From NCBI GenBank assembly GCA_910587405.1, contig CAJUKS010000003.1:125268-189267 (forward strand): a stretch of DNA of 64,000 nucleotides, read 5' to 3'. Under the pieces are notes generated by a model. That model was not told the origin of the DNA. It did no database searches and saw nothing but the letters and a program-made list of their open reading frames with translations. This stretch comes from an uncultured Alphaproteobacteria bacterium (GTDB lineage Bacteria; Pseudomonadota; Alphaproteobacteria; RF32; CAG-239). Position numbers and translations under genes: made by a program. This document shows positions 62,120-64,000 of this stretch, one piece after another. Position 1 is the first letter of the stretch. Every line of letters begins with the position of its first letter.

Positions 62120-64000
62120 TGCAGTCAACGGCTATCAAAGAGGCGCTGGGCATTTTGAAACAGCTGCGACAGATTATGGAAACGCCGGAAAGCGTACCGG
62201 AAAAACTGCGCCGTATTCTCGAGACCATTTCTGCCAAAATGCAGGCGGATGCCGCCACCTGTTATGTGGCGGTTGACGATAATTATCTCGAATTGTTTGC
62301 CGCCTGCGGTTTTAAAAAAGCGTCGTCGCACCGGCTGCGCCTGCGCTATAACGAAGGGATGGCCGGCGAAGTGGCGGAAAGTCGGCGCTCGCTGGTAATC
62401 AACAACATTTGGATGTATCCGAAATTTGTTTCCAAGCCTGAGCTGCTGGAAGAAAAAGATTTCCAGTCTTTTATCGGTGTGCCGGTCTTGCAATGGAACC
62501 GTACGATCGGCGTGCTGGCTTTGTATAACGCGCGCGAAATCGACCGGTCGGAAGTGGATATTGAGCTGTTGGAAACCATTGCGATGGTTTTGGCCGAGAT
62601 TCTGGCTTCCGAAGAAATGACCCAATATAAGAAATCGCTGATCAAGTCGCGCGGGATGAGCACCAAGGAACGGGTAAAGGGGCTCAGTCTTAACAAAGGC
62701 TACGGTATCGGCGATGCTGTGGTTCACCGGCGTCGCCAGTCGGTAACCAACATTTTTGCCGAAGACAGGGAAAAGGAACTGCGCCGGCTGGAAATTGCAC
62801 ACCATCAAATGAACGAAGATTTGGACGCCAAATTTAATTCGACCAAACTCGGTCTCGGCGAGCATATCGATATTTTGGATGCTTACCGGATGTTTGCCAA
62901 AGACAAGGGCTGGTACGGCAAAATCGCCGGCAATATTCGCGGCGGTTTGGCGGCGGAAGCGGCAGTGGAACGCGCGTATGAAGACATGTGGAACCGTTTG
63001 TCGCAAAGCAGCGACAGCTATTTGCGCGAACGTCTGCATGATTTGCGCGACGTGGCCGACCGTTTGCAGTCTTATCTGAGCGGCGATTATAAACAGGCGC
63101 CGGATATCTCGGCCAAGGACATCGTGATTGTCGCCCAAACCATGGGACCGGCGGAACTGATGGATTATGACTACAGCCGGATCCGCGGACTGATCATTGA
63201 AGACGGCACGCCGACCATGCATGTGGCGATTGTGGCCAAGGCTTTGAATATTCCGGTACTGGCAAAGCTGAAGGGAATTTTCGGCGAGATTCAGAACGGA
63301 CAGACGGTGGCGCTGGACGGTAATGAAGGGTTTGTGTATGTTAACCCTTCTCCGCAGGTGGAAACGGAATTTCGCAAAAGAATCGCCGAACGGGAAGAGT
63401 TGCAAAAGAAGCTGGCGGCGTTGCGGAATTTGCCGGCCCGGACGCTGAACGGTGCGGATATCGGACTCTATATTAATGTCGGGTTGCCGATGGATTTTGA
63501 CTATATCGAAACCACGAATTGTGACGGTGTCGGTTTGTATCGGACCGAAATTCCGTTTATGGCTTCGGAGGCGATGCCCGATGTCGGAAAACAGGTTTCT
63601 TATTACAAGGACCTGATGGATCGTTGCGGGGACAAAAGAGTCGTTTTTCGCAGTCTGGACGTCGGTTCGGATAAACTGCTGCCGTATTGGGCTTATTCGG
63701 GCGAAGCCAACCCGGCGATCGGCTGGCGCTCGATCAGAATTACGCTTGACCGGCGGGCGATTTTACGGCAGCAGATTCGCGCTTTTCTGTTGTCGGCGGC
63801 CGGTAAAGAACTGAACGTGATGTTCCCGATGATTTCGGATTTGGCGGAATTTGAAGATGCCAAGGAAACGCTGTTGATCGAGTTGGAAAAAGACAAAAGC
63901 CGGGGGCTGCCGGTTCCGAAAAAAGTCAATATCGGATTGATGATTGAGGTACCGTCGGTGGTGTTTCAGTTGGACGACATCTTGCCGCGGGCCGATTTCG
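62120..64000 (+). CDS. ptsP: Phosphoenolpyruvate--protein phosphotransferase PtsP (EI-Ntr) with N-terminal GAF domain; 3' end beyond window
   Basis: GAF domain then PEP-utilising enzyme domains (GLYRTEIPFM...); the annotated minus-strand ORF 62125-63405 is a shadow frame. Confidence 0.85.

Noticed and set aside
62125-63405. 426-aa minus-strand ORF
   Set aside because: Antisense shadow of ptsP; the plus-strand frame from 62120 encodes an unmistakable GAF plus PEP-utilising enzyme and runs off the window end (so it is absent from the ORF list).

Overview
This 64-kb window looks like chromosomal DNA from a host-associated alphaproteobacterium. Alphaproteobacterial markers are a PopZ homologue, a GTTC-N7-GTTC LexA box in front of lexA, and the ffh-rpsP-rimM-trmD-rplS operon. 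Housekeeping genes include valS, lysS, clpB, secA, ptsP and a glycogen-catabolic set (glgP, glgB-glgX-malQ). Interleaved with these is accessory material. The most striking feature is three paralogous Pmp-repeat (GGAI/FxxN) autotransporters. All three sit behind the same ~170-bp 5' cassette, which carries an A7-GGATC-T7 palindromic operator and a second half-site next to the start codon. The paralogues also show a near-identical gene-conversion patch in the beta-barrel region, and two of them share an identical signal-peptide block. Other points of interest: (1) tRNA-Asp is followed by a 58-bp perfect duplicate of its 3' end plus terminator 256 bp downstream, enclosing a palindromic tRNA T-arm-like fragment, then an accessory block (GT-B-like gene and lipoprotein gene with foreign codon usage, pentapeptide-repeat protein, a ~46-Cys secreted protein); (2) a tandem pair of DUF1796 papain-like genes beside tRNA-Leu; (3) an orphan virB8-like gene; (4) a 705-aa domain-less protein beside lexA; (5) PopZ with a 69-bp tandem repeat; (6) a degenerate N-domain-only DEAD-box-like protein. 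No CRISPR array, rRNA, transposase, integrase or recognisable defence system was seen. Coordinates of small motifs are hand-derived and may be off by a base or two.
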